DNA of 64,000 nucleotides from Nitrospirota bacterium (GTDB lineage Bacteria; Nitrospirota; Thermodesulfovibrionia; Thermodesulfovibrionales; JdFR-85): NCBI GenBank assembly GCA_035873375.1, contig JAYWMQ010000017.1, positions 728 to 64,727 of the forward strand, read 5' to 3'. Shown piece by piece: positions 54,736 to 64,000 of this stretch (position 1 is its first letter; each line of letters starts with the position of its first letter). The notes under the pieces were generated by a model. It saw only the letters and a program-made list of their open reading frames with translations, ran no database searches and was not told where the DNA came from. The position numbers and the translations under genes were made by a program.

Positions 54736-55920
54736 CTATAACTCCTTCTTCCCATTATTTTTAAATGGCAGATAAATATCCACGGTCGTGCCTTCACCAG
54801 GCTTGCTCGAGACCGAGATACTGCCTCCCAAAATAGTCAGCAGGTTTCTGGTTATGGTCAGGCCGAGCCCTGTCCCCTCATACCTTTTGGTCCCGGCATA
54901 CTCTATTTGACTGAATGCCTCAAATATCTTCTTGAGGTTGTCTTCCCTGATGCCTATACCGGTATCGCTTACTGATATTTTCAGCCTCTCTTTTTCAGAG
55001 CCAAGGGCCAGAACAATCCTGCCGCTCTCTGTAAACTTTGCAGCATTGTTAATAATGTTGGTCAGAATCTGCCTGACCTTGACCGGGTCTGATACCATGA
55101 ATACAGGTCCATCATGGGCAATCACTTCAACACTTACAGGTTTGTTCCCAAGGAGCACTCGTGTAGTGGCAGCTACCTCACGGAGTATCGGGACCATATC
55201 AAATCTCTCGTTGACGGCCTCCATCTTTCCGGCCTCAAGCTTTGAAAGGTCAAGGACATTGGTTACAATGGCCCTTAAATAGGTTGAGCTGGACATCAGC
55301 ATGGCCAGGCGGTTCTTCATCTGTTCTATATTCCCTTTCTCATACGACATCTTCATAAGTTCTGTCAGCCCGATTATGGCATTTAACGGCGACCTGAGCT
55401 CATGTGTGACATTTGCGATAAACTGTGATTTGATCCTGTTAATCTTCTCAAGGTCCTTTGCCTTTTCCCTTGCCATCTCTTTCTGGATAACGCTGTTTAC
55501 AAGGGCATTACTCTGCTGTATCACCATCTGCTTTACGGAAAGAAGCCCCATATAATTTCCACTGTTGTTCACCACTATTATATCGTCATAAACATTATCT
55601 GTGGGCCTGTCCAATGCTGTATCCATAGCCACATCCAGCCTTTCATCTTCGTGTATAATAAGCGGTTCGGAATCGGCTATTGATATGATAGGCTTTTTCC
55701 CGTAAAGCTCAAACCCGAATCTCCTGAACAACCTGAAGAGCAGTTTGGACCTTGTGGCAAGTCCTACGGGTTCTCTGCATTCAACCAGTGCCACAGCATC
55801 CATACTGCTCGAATTAAAAAACCTTTCAGCCACACAGGTGACTGCAGTGCACGGTGGTATATATTCCCTGGATGTTACCAGTCTTCCAACTGACAGGGAA
55901 TGCTCCTGTACTGATTCCAT
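54736..55920 (-). CDS. cytoplasmic sensor histidine kinase with N-terminal CBS-like domain
   Basis: 394 aa. No TM helix. H-box HELRSPLNAI; N/G boxes (NNAAKFT, DTGIGI, GTGLGL). Confidence 0.9.
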   Translation of the reverse strand: MESVQEHSLSVGRLVTSREYIPPCTAVTCVAERFFNSSSMDAVALVECREPVGLATRSKLLFRLFRRFGFELYGKKPIISIADSEPLIIHEDERLDVAMDTALDRPTDNVYDDIIVVNNSGNYMGLLSVKQMVIQQSNALVNSVIQKEMAREKAKDLEKINRIKSQFIANVTHELRSPLNAIIGLTELMKMSYEKGNIEQMKNRLAMLMSSSTYLRAIVTNVLDLSKLEAGKMEAVNERFDMVPILREVAATTRVLLGNKPVSVEVIAHDGPVFMVSDPVKVRQILTNIINNAAKFTESGRIVLALGSEKERLKISVSDTGIGIREDNLKKIFEAFSQIEYAGTKRYEGTGLGLTITRNLLTILGGSISVSSKPGEGTTVDIYLPFKNNGKKEL

Positions 55921-55939
55921 CTATCTTTCCCCCTCTTTT

Positions 55940-56125
55940 TTATGCCGCCACATCAGCCGTCACATCAAGTGTGTTTTTGCAATTCACTATACAATCCACC
56001 ATGTAGAGCCTGCAGGTTTCGTATTCATAACTGTTCATGTAGCAGCAACGCCCATCTGCACACTCAAGATGTTCCGGCTCAATACCGGCAACCTCACAAA
56101 TACCATCCTTAAACTTGGGACACAT
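55940..56125 (-). CDS. 61-aa Cys-rich peptide P2 (first gene of the kinase / regulator operon)
   Basis: MCPKFKDGICEVAGIEPEHLECADGRCCYMNSYEYETCRLYMVDCIVNCKNTLDVTADVAA. An AAGAAGGGGG RBS lies 7 nt before the internal ATG at 56125. A 19-nt gap separates it from the kinase start. Confidence 0.55.
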   Translation of the reverse strand: MCPKFKDGICEVAGIEPEHLECADGRCCYMNSYEYETCRLYMVDCIVNCKNTLDVTADVAA

Positions 56126-56360
56126 AATTTTTACCCCCTTCTTAAAAGTGTTTTGATGAAAAAGCAGCCAATTGCCCTGCAATCCTCGGCATTCCGTATA
56201 TGCAGGTTTCTGCCTGTATTGATAAGCTCAATAGTAGCACAGCTATGTTACGTGATTATTAAGGTACCTTTAAGTTTTCGGCTCTTTCGTGTTTTAGTTG
56301 AAGGCAGGATTAAAAAATCAACTTAACCTTAAGCCGGAATTCTTCGACTTCATCCTGTAC

Positions 56361-56392
56361 AAAAATATGGGCAGGGGCTTTAGCCCCTGCCC
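56361..56392 (-). terminator. rho-independent terminator of the porin gene
   Basis: The reverse strand reads GGGCAGGGGC-UAAA-GCCCCUGCCC followed by AUAUUUUUGU. Confidence 0.8.
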
Positions 56393-56448
56393 AAAGGAGG
56401 GTTGGAAATGAGTGCCGGCATTATCCGTTAATCCTGATTCCGCAATCC

Positions 56449-57627
56449 TTAAAATACGTATTGTGCCTGCAGGAAGAGCTCGTTCTCATCATCATTCGAA
56501 ACGCCCTTCAGGTTTTTGCCCATCCTGTATGTAAGCTGCATCTTGATGTCATGTTTCTGTATGAACCAGTTGGTACCAACAGATGTGCGGGTCCATACGT
56601 CTGCGTAGTTATCAGCATCCTGTGCCTGATAAGCTGCAACGATCTCAAGCTTGTCCGGCACTATCATGTACCCTCCCTCAATGGAGTAGTTTTTAAGATC
56701 AGTGCTGCCGTTTTTGTAGATACCTTTGGTAACATTTGCATCCACTGTGTCAGCCTTGAAGAGGTTGTATTCAGCGTCAACAGAGAGCCCCGAGCTTCTG
56801 AATGCTCCACTTAACTCAAAACCAGTCACCTTATCCACATCAAACTTCTTTTCATCTTCATCAGGCGCAGCTATATATGTATTGTTATCATCATCATTGT
56901 TCCATGTGAAGACGGCAACACCGATGGTAGCCTTGGTCTTGCGCTTAAAGTCGCCTTGGGCGAATTTCAGATTGCCAAAAGGATGGTAGTCCAGACGGCC
57001 GCCAACGATCCAGCCCTCGTTGAAATCCGCATTCCTGTTAACAGGTGTGTCAAAATCCAGTTTATTGGCATCAGGGTCAATGGAGGCTGATGCTACAGAG
57101 AATCCGTAGGTCAGTTTCTTGTCATTGTTATGACCGGTAAGGTGGACACCTACATTACGGTCAGGAGTGCCGTAATTATGGTCACCTACAAATGTACGCT
57201 CCACAAGCTGCTGCTTTTTGGATGAGGTCAGGAACTCGCGGGAAAATGGGAAGTTCTTGTTACCAACAGCTATCTTTATGTTCGGAAACCCTTTATACTG
57301 CATGTAAGCGTCTTTTATTGCAATCTCGTTATCACCCTCTGCCTTGCCCATATCCCACTGAAACTTGCCCTTCCAGTCCTTGTGCAGACTGCCCTCAATG
57401 TACGGACGGAAACGGCGGAAAAATACCTTGTCGCTGGAATCCCCACTGTCGGGATCCTTATAATGATACTGCAGCTGAATCCTGCCGCCCAACTTAACAT
57501 ACTTATCATCCTTCTTATAGACGGTTATTCCGGCAGCATCAGCAGCCTGCGGAATATAGATATTTGCGATTATGGCAATTGCCAGTACAGCAAAAAAGAC
57601 CTTCACGAATCTCAGTGTTGCTATCAT
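56449..57627 (-). CDS. outer-membrane porin (OprO/OprP-like size and profile)
   Basis: 392 aa. Signal peptide ...AADA-AG, beta-strand periodicity, and a C-terminal QAQYVF. Confidence 0.8.
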   Translation of the reverse strand: MIATLRFVKVFFAVLAIAIIANIYIPQAADAAGITVYKKDDKYVKLGGRIQLQYHYKDPDSGDSSDKVFFRRFRPYIEGSLHKDWKGKFQWDMGKAEGDNEIAIKDAYMQYKGFPNIKIAVGNKNFPFSREFLTSSKKQQLVERTFVGDHNYGTPDRNVGVHLTGHNNDKKLTYGFSVASASIDPDANKLDFDTPVNRNADFNEGWIVGGRLDYHPFGNLKFAQGDFKRKTKATIGVAVFTWNNDDDNNTYIAAPDEDEKKFDVDKVTGFELSGAFRSSGLSVDAEYNLFKADTVDANVTKGIYKNGSTDLKNYSIEGGYMIVPDKLEIVAAYQAQDADNYADVWTRTSVGTNWFIQKHDIKMQLTYRMGKNLKGVSNDDENELFLQAQYVF

Positions 57628-57964
57628 TTTTCTCCTCCTTAGGTTTATCAGTGTTATTGCACTTTCTGTACAGCTCGGCTTAACGGCTTATATTTTCTAC
57701 ATACACACATTATTTATACCTTTCTTCATTCACCTCCTCTCGGAAATCTTTAATCGATTATGTTTAGTGTCAATCTTACCCTGCCGAAGTTACGGGAATA
57801 TGACAGTAATGTTAATTTTCCATGATTTCCCCTGCCACTACCGGCACTCTCCTGAAACCCGGGCAAAGACTTCACGCATGCCGGGCAGTGAAGCCTGTTG
57901 TGAAAATACTCCGGGTTGCCTTTAAACTCTCATATCTGTTAGCCTCAACAGGGCTATCACATAT

Positions 57965-58759
57965 ATGCAGATAAAGGAGGTTTGCCCGGGCTTGAGAAGG
58001 ATCAGATTAACACTGCAGTATGACGGTACAAACTACTCCGGCTGGCAGGTACAGCCTGACAGGGTCACTATTCAGGGAGTCATTGAGACAAGGCTGAGAA
58101 AGATGACCGGGGAGGAGACGATGGTGCTTTCTGCAGGGCGGACGGATGCAGGGGTTCACGCACTGCAGCAGGTGGCATCCTTTGACACGGCATCCCAACA
58201 TCCGCCCGGGGTTTTTCAGAAGGCCCTGAACGGAATGCTCCCTCCGGACATAAGGATAATCTCCTCTGAATATGCCGGCGATGATTTCCACCCGCGCTAC
58301 AGTGCAAAGGCAAAAAGTTATTTCTATCTGATCGATTGCTCGGAGACAGGAAACCCCTTTACAGGAAGGTACAGCTATTACTGCAAATACAGGCTCGACA
58401 GTGAAAAGATGATCAAGGCAGCAGCCTGTCTCACAGGCAGACATGATTTTTCATCTTTCAGGGCATCCGGTTGCGGCGCCAGGTCACCGGTAAGGGAGAT
58501 ATATGATATAAAGGTTGAGCAGATGAATACAATTGAGTTTCTGACTGTTGGCTTTTCAGGTTTATTTATCAGGATATCTGTTAAGGGGAATGCCTTTTTG
58601 AGACATATGGTGCGCAACATTGCAGGTACCATGATTGAGGTTGGAAGAAACAGGATAAGTCCTGAAGGGCTGAAGGCTATACTTGAGGCAAGGAACAGGA
58701 GACTCGCCGGTCCCGCAGCCCCTGCCAGAGGGCTTTTTCTCGAAAGGGTCTTTTATTAG
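57965..58759 (+). CDS. truA: tRNA pseudouridine(38-40) synthase TruA
   Basis: 264 aa. YDGTNYSGWQ and the catalytic GRTDAGVHA. An alternative in-frame TTG start at 57992 follows an AAGGAGG. Confidence 0.92.
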   Translation: MQIKEVCPGLRRIRLTLQYDGTNYSGWQVQPDRVTIQGVIETRLRKMTGEETMVLSAGRTDAGVHALQQVASFDTASQHPPGVFQKALNGMLPPDIRIISSEYAGDDFHPRYSAKAKSYFYLIDCSETGNPFTGRYSYYCKYRLDSEKMIKAAACLTGRHDFSSFRASGCGARSPVREIYDIKVEQMNTIEFLTVGFSGLFIRISVKGNAFLRHMVRNIAGTMIEVGRNRISPEGLKAILEARNRRLAGPAAPARGLFLERVFY

Positions 58760-59184
58760 ATGCCCCTCTCCTCCCGTTCAATCTTTTCAAGCTCTTCCCT
58801 CTTTTCCATGCAGTCAACACAGTATATTGCAAAGGGAATTATCTTTAGTCTCTCCTCGCTGATTTCAGAGCCGCAGTCTTCACAAATCCCGTAAGTACCC
58901 TCATTCAATTTCCTTAAAGCCTCGTCTATCTTGTTGAGGGTCTGCTTATGAACCGTCAGTTTTTGCAGGTTGAGGTCTTCGGCCAAATCAACAACAGACC
59001 AGTCTCCATCATCAAGGGCTGTCTCTGCAAGCTGCCTGTTCTCTCCCCTGATGAACTTCCCGATCTCGTTTTTTGCCTCCCGGATAATTTCCTGCCTTTT
59101 GCTAATGAGCAGCTTTCTCAGCCGTTCCTTTCTCTGCTCCTCGCTCTCTTCAGGCTCTTTGCTTTTAGCCTTCTTTCTTGGCAT
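58756..59184 (-). CDS. DksA/TraR-family C4 zinc-finger protein
   Basis: 142 aa. Coiled-coil region, then CEDCGSEI...CVDC. Confidence 0.85.
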   Translation of the reverse strand: MPRKKAKSKEPEESEEQRKERLRKLLISKRQEIIREAKNEIGKFIRGENRQLAETALDDGDWSVVDLAEDLNLQKLTVHKQTLNKIDEALRKLNEGTYGICEDCGSEISEERLKIIPFAIYCVDCMEKREELEKIEREERGI

Positions 59185-59323
59185 TATCCACCTCTTTCTT
59201 CTCTGCTACGCCTTCTTTATATACTTCCACGATACTCCTGATCTTTATGCCGGCTGCCTTCAATGCCTTCTGTATGTCCGGTAGCCTTGCATCTTCAACT
59301 TTTACCATAAAATTTGCATTCAT
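59165..59323 (-). CDS. hypothetical 52-aa protein overlapping the dksA-like start
   Basis: Own read: MNANFMVKVEDARLPDIQKALKAAGIKIRSIVEVYKEGVAEKKEVDNAKKEG. A strong AAGAGGAGGCACT RBS precedes it. Below the ORF-track cutoff. Confidence 0.35.
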   Translation of the reverse strand: MNANFMVKVEDARLPDIQKALKAAGIKIRSIVEVYKEGVAEKKEVDNAKKEG

Positions 59324-59373
59324 AGTGCCTCCTCTTAGAAAGTAAGTAGAAAAAAGCAGCCTGTTCTGCCTGC

Positions 59374-59931
59374 CTATACTTCCATTATCTCCTTTTCCTT
59401 ATGCTGCAGCACCTCATCTATTGTTTTTATATAGGTATCGGTAAGCTTTTGTATCTCTTCAAGCCCCTTCTTGATGTCGTCCTCACTGATATGTTTATCT
59501 TTCTCAAGTTTTTTCAGTCCTTCATTGGTCTCTCTGCGGATATTTCTTATTGCAACCCTTGCCTCCTCTGCACGCTTCCTCACGACCTTGACAAGCTGCT
59601 TCCGCCGCTCTTCCGTCAGCGGGGGAATGGCAATCCTGATGACCTTGCCGTCGTTTGAAGGGTTAAGCCCGAGGTCAGAGTGAAGGATGGCTTTCTCAAT
59701 AACAGGGATCAGCGCTTGCTCCCAGGGTTGAATGACTATCACGCGGGGTTCGGGTACGGAGAGTGATGCAACCTGGTTCAGGGGCGTCTGTGTGCCATAA
59801 TAATCAACTGAAATATTATCCAGCAGAGAGGTGGAGGCACGGCCTGTCCTGATAGAGCCAAGGTCTTTCTTGAATACTTCTATTGCCTTCTCCATCTTCT
59901 CTTTTGCCTTTTTCTTCAATTCCCTATCCAT
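59374..59931 (-). CDS. frr: ribosome recycling factor
   Basis: 185 aa. Canonical RRF sequence ([10 protein letters not shown]...[21 protein letters not shown]). Confidence 0.96.
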   Translation of the reverse strand: MDRELKKKAKEKMEKAIEVFKKDLGSIRTGRASTSLLDNISVDYYGTQTPLNQVASLSVPEPRVIVIQPWEQALIPVIEKAILHSDLGLNPSNDGKVIRIAIPPLTEERRKQLVKVVRKRAEEARVAIRNIRRETNEGLKKLEKDKHISEDDIKKGLEEIQKLTDTYIKTIDEVLQHKEKEIMEV

Positions 59932-60001
59932 CTTGTCCCTCCACAGGGTTCATTCATGTATAAGCAGGGTTGCAGGAATTCTTTTTTTGCTCACAGATTT
60001 T

Positions 60002-61342
<1,341 letters not shown>

Positions 61343-61346
<4 letters not shown>

Positions 61347-62167
61347 TCTGCAACCTCCTCTGTCTGTGGCGCTGCCTCTATCGGTGGTATTGCCGGTTCA
61401 TTTACAGCCGCCATCTCTTCTTCTTCCTGCGAAATCTTTTCCTTTATCCTGGCCTCTTCAGCCTTTGCCTCTATCTCCTTGTTCAGGATATCTTGTCCTT
61501 CAAGGATTGCAGTAGCCATCTTGGATGTAATAAGCTTTATTGCCCTTATGGCATCGTCATTTCCCGGAATAACATAGTCAATTTCATCAGGGTCACAGTT
61601 TGTGTCAACAATAGCCACAATGGGGATCTTCAGGATTCTTGCTTCCTGAACAGCTATCTTCTCTTTTCTTGGATCAACAACAAACAAGGCCCCGGGAAGG
61701 GTCTGCATATCCTTAAGCCCACCCAGGTTTTTCTCAAGCTTTGTCCGGGTCTTTTCCAGTTTTGCTACCTCTTTTTTGGTAAGTGCCTCGTATGTACCGT
61801 CTTCCTTCATTTTTTCAATATTTTTCAGCTTTTCTATGCTCTTCTTGATCGTGGTGAAATTGGTCAACATTCCGCCAAGCCACCTCTGGTTTACATAAAA
61901 AGCCCCTGCCCTCTCTGTCTCGTCCTTGATTGAGTCCTGCGCCTGTTTTTTTGTTCCCACAAAAAGAACGGTTTGACCGGACAATGACAGACCTTTCAGA
62001 AAATTGTAGGCGCTTTCAAGTCCCTTCATGGTCTTCTGAAGGTCTATAATATAGATACCGTTTCTCTCACCAAAGATGTAGCGTTTCATCTTCGGGTTCC
62101 ATCTCTTGACCTGGTGTCCAAAATGAACCCCGGCCTCTAACAGCTCTTTCATTGTTACAACTGACAT
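61343..62167 (-). CDS. rpsB: 30S ribosomal protein S2
   Basis: The true start is probably the ATG at 62167 ([19 protein letters not shown]). Acidic C-terminal tail. There is a 4-nt overlap with tsf. Confidence 0.95.
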
Positions 62168-62382
62168 AGTTCTCACTTTCTCCTGGTTTTTTCCTCCGCC
62201 TCTTCCCCTGAACTCCGGGCACTTGTCTCTGTCCCGCAAACCGGTCAGGAGAGGTTTTTAAGGCGTGTGTTTTAGATTTTCTGCAGAAAACTGCAGGCTA
62301 TTATCAATACTGCAGCTTCAGATAATGCCATACACATTAACATAACACAAGGAAAAAATTCAAGAATTCGGGGGCAGAGAAG

Positions 62383-62928
62383 TCAGAGTGAGCTATAGTA
62401 TTCGAGCTCAAGGAGCCTCCTCTTGATCCCGATACCTGAGGAGTAGCCACCTAATTTGCCGTCCGATTGAATAACCCTGTGGCAGGGAAGAATTATGGGC
62501 AGGGGGTTTTTGCCGAGGGCCTGACCGACCGCCCTTACAGACCGGGGAGAGCCAAGCCTCTCTGCAAGCCATTTGTATGTCCGGGTCTCTCCATAGGGTA
62601 TTTCATTCAATGTCAGCCAGACCTTTTTCTCAAAATCCGTCCCCGAGAGGATAAACGGGATGTCGAACTTCCGCAGCTTTCCCTCAAAATACTCCCTGAT
62701 CTCGTCTTTGATATCTTCGGGTATGGGGCTTTTCCTTGCAGCAACGGCCGGTGAGGTTCCGTGACAAGTGAGGGCCGCTCTCTTTCCAGGTTTGGTGAAA
62801 CCAAGCCCTGTCAGATTAACAGAGTCTGCCTGATTTCCTTTAAGGATATACGTCAGATAGAGGTGGCCCAGGGGGGTGCAGACCACATCGTAGAGCAGAT
62901 CAGAGGAGTAAGGTTTCCTTTTGTTCAT
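62383..62928 (-). CDS. ogt: methylated-DNA--protein-cysteine methyltransferase
   Basis: 181 aa. Active site IILPCHRVI and the helix-turn-wing GETRTYKWLA. Confidence 0.88.
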   Translation of the reverse strand: MNKRKPYSSDLLYDVVCTPLGHLYLTYILKGNQADSVNLTGLGFTKPGKRAALTCHGTSPAVAARKSPIPEDIKDEIREYFEGKLRKFDIPFILSGTDFEKKVWLTLNEIPYGETRTYKWLAERLGSPRSVRAVGQALGKNPLPIILPCHRVIQSDGKLGGYSSGIGIKRRLLELEYYSSL

Positions 62929-63949
62929 CAGGTCTCAAGTCAGTCCCGGCCCCGTGTCCCAGAAGCTCATGCCCTGTCAGGTTCATCATCTCTATAAAAT
63001 GCTCAAGTAACACGGGGTCCCATTGTCCGAGATGTTTTTCCTCTCGCATCACCTCCAGCACCTCAAAGGCAGTGCGGCCCTCCCGGTAGAGGCGTTCGGA
63101 GAACATGGCATCAAAGGAGTCAACTATAGAGAGTACCCTTGCCAGCAAAGGGATATCCTCACCCTTCAGTCCATCGGGGAAACCGTTTCCATCCCACCTC
63201 TCATGGTGATGTCTGATTGCCGGAAGGACTTCCCGGAGTGAATGCAGGGGTTTACATATCTGCTCTCCAATAATTGTGTGTTTCTTTATTGTTTCCATCT
63301 CTTCATCCGTAAGTGGGGGTGGTTTAAGGAACAGATCCTTGCTCAATCCTATTTTTCCTATATCGTGCAGGAGGCCTGCCTTGCGCAACAGTTCCTGCTC
63401 CTGCAGGGAGAGTCCCAGATAATCTCCAAACTCCTTCGAGAACGCACCAACCCTGGTTGAATGCCCCTGCGTGTGAGGGTCCCGGACTTCAAGGGTAGCT
63501 GCAAGTGTAAGGATGATATTTTCCGAATGCTCCAATTCATCATGGAGATGCTTTAATCTCAGTAAAGAGCGTATCCTGGCCAGAAATTCCCTGGAATCAA
63601 AGGGCCTGCTGATAAAATCATCGGCCCCTGATTCGAATCCTTTTATCTTGCTCCCTCTGTCGCTGTGAGCGGCAAGGAGCACAACAGGGAAAAACCTTCG
63701 TCCCGCCATGTCCTTGAATATCTGACATAACTGAAAGCCGTTGACATCATGCATCGTTATATCAATGATGGCAATGTCAGGGTGGCAGGTCTCGAAGATG
63801 TCCACTGCCTCTACAGGATTAGCTGATTTAAAGATACGAAAGTCGTCTGATTTAAAGACTGCCTCGATCAGTTCTGTATCGGACTGCAAATCATCCACTA
63901 TGAGTACGGATGCCGTGTCCCTTGCAGGTATAATATTATTAGAAATCAT
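62900..63949 (-). CDS. response regulator with HD-GYP domain (putative c-di-GMP phosphodiesterase)
   Basis: 349 aa. A receiver domain (LIVDD...DITMHDVNG) followed by HDIGK and HHERWDGNGFP. Confidence 0.9.
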   Translation of the reverse strand: MISNNIIPARDTASVLIVDDLQSDTELIEAVFKSDDFRIFKSANPVEAVDIFETCHPDIAIIDITMHDVNGFQLCQIFKDMAGRRFFPVVLLAAHSDRGSKIKGFESGADDFISRPFDSREFLARIRSLLRLKHLHDELEHSENIILTLAATLEVRDPHTQGHSTRVGAFSKEFGDYLGLSLQEQELLRKAGLLHDIGKIGLSKDLFLKPPPLTDEEMETIKKHTIIGEQICKPLHSLREVLPAIRHHHERWDGNGFPDGLKGEDIPLLARVLSIVDSFDAMFSERLYREGRTAFEVLEVMREEKHLGQWDPVLLEHFIEMMNLTGHELLGHGAGTDLRPDEQKETLLL

Positions 63950-64000
63950 TATTAAATAATTAAAACATCTTTTGAAATATTTGTCAAGAAAACGAATTGA

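Noticed and set aside
56196-56213. Possible sigma54 promoter upstream of the P2-kinase operon (minus strand AGGCAG-AAACC-TGCAT)
   Set aside because: The GG-to-GC spacing is one nucleotide too short and the -24 element is imperfect.
62282-62317. Three CTGCAG hexamers within 36 bp upstream of rpsB (CTGCAG-AAAA-CTGCAG hairpin)
   Set aside because: The stem is short and self-complementary, with no U tract and no obvious partner features. It is probably a weak ogt terminator or chance, and I cannot support it further.

Overview
This 64-kb window is chromosomal DNA from a bacterium, densely coded, with about 55 protein genes. I found no rRNA, tRNA or CRISPR array. Tungsten-type aldehyde:ferredoxin oxidoreductase, radical SAM, a likely selenoprotein and heavy use of sigma54 activators suggest an anaerobe; lineage cannot be fixed from sequence alone. 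Housekeeping blocks are miaA, radC, aconitase, recQ, murJ, serS, truA and the frr-pyrH-tsf-rpsB set. A tightly coupled minus-strand array runs M23 peptidase, YggU, AddB, AddA, lipoprotein, M6 protease. A nitrogen-assimilation regulon holds two PII/Amt modules, glnA, a GAF-sigma54 activator and a stand-alone Fis-type HTH. There are secreted proteases (M4 fragment, S8, M6), several two-component proteins, and an AbrB/Doc toxin-antitoxin pair. Main points worth a second look:
- An in-frame TGA in a CYCxC-motif membrane protein looks like selenocysteine, with a SECIS-like hairpin downstream.
- A TACA-N4-TGTA palindrome recurs upstream of two sigma54-type nitrogen promoters and of the regulator gene.
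- An operon encodes a 61-aa Cys-rich peptide, a PHP-GT4 fusion and a radical SAM enzyme. It lies next to a two-component operon that opens with a second 61-aa Cys-rich peptide.
- An IS200/RayT-like gene is bracketed by perfect 19-bp inverted repeats.
- Two ~150-bp inverted-repeat elements sit in intergenic regions.
- Degenerate heptanucleotide repeat tracts lie inside both addA and addB.
- The hybrid kinase has a long G-run-rich leader.
All function calls rest on motif recognition by eye, with no database search.
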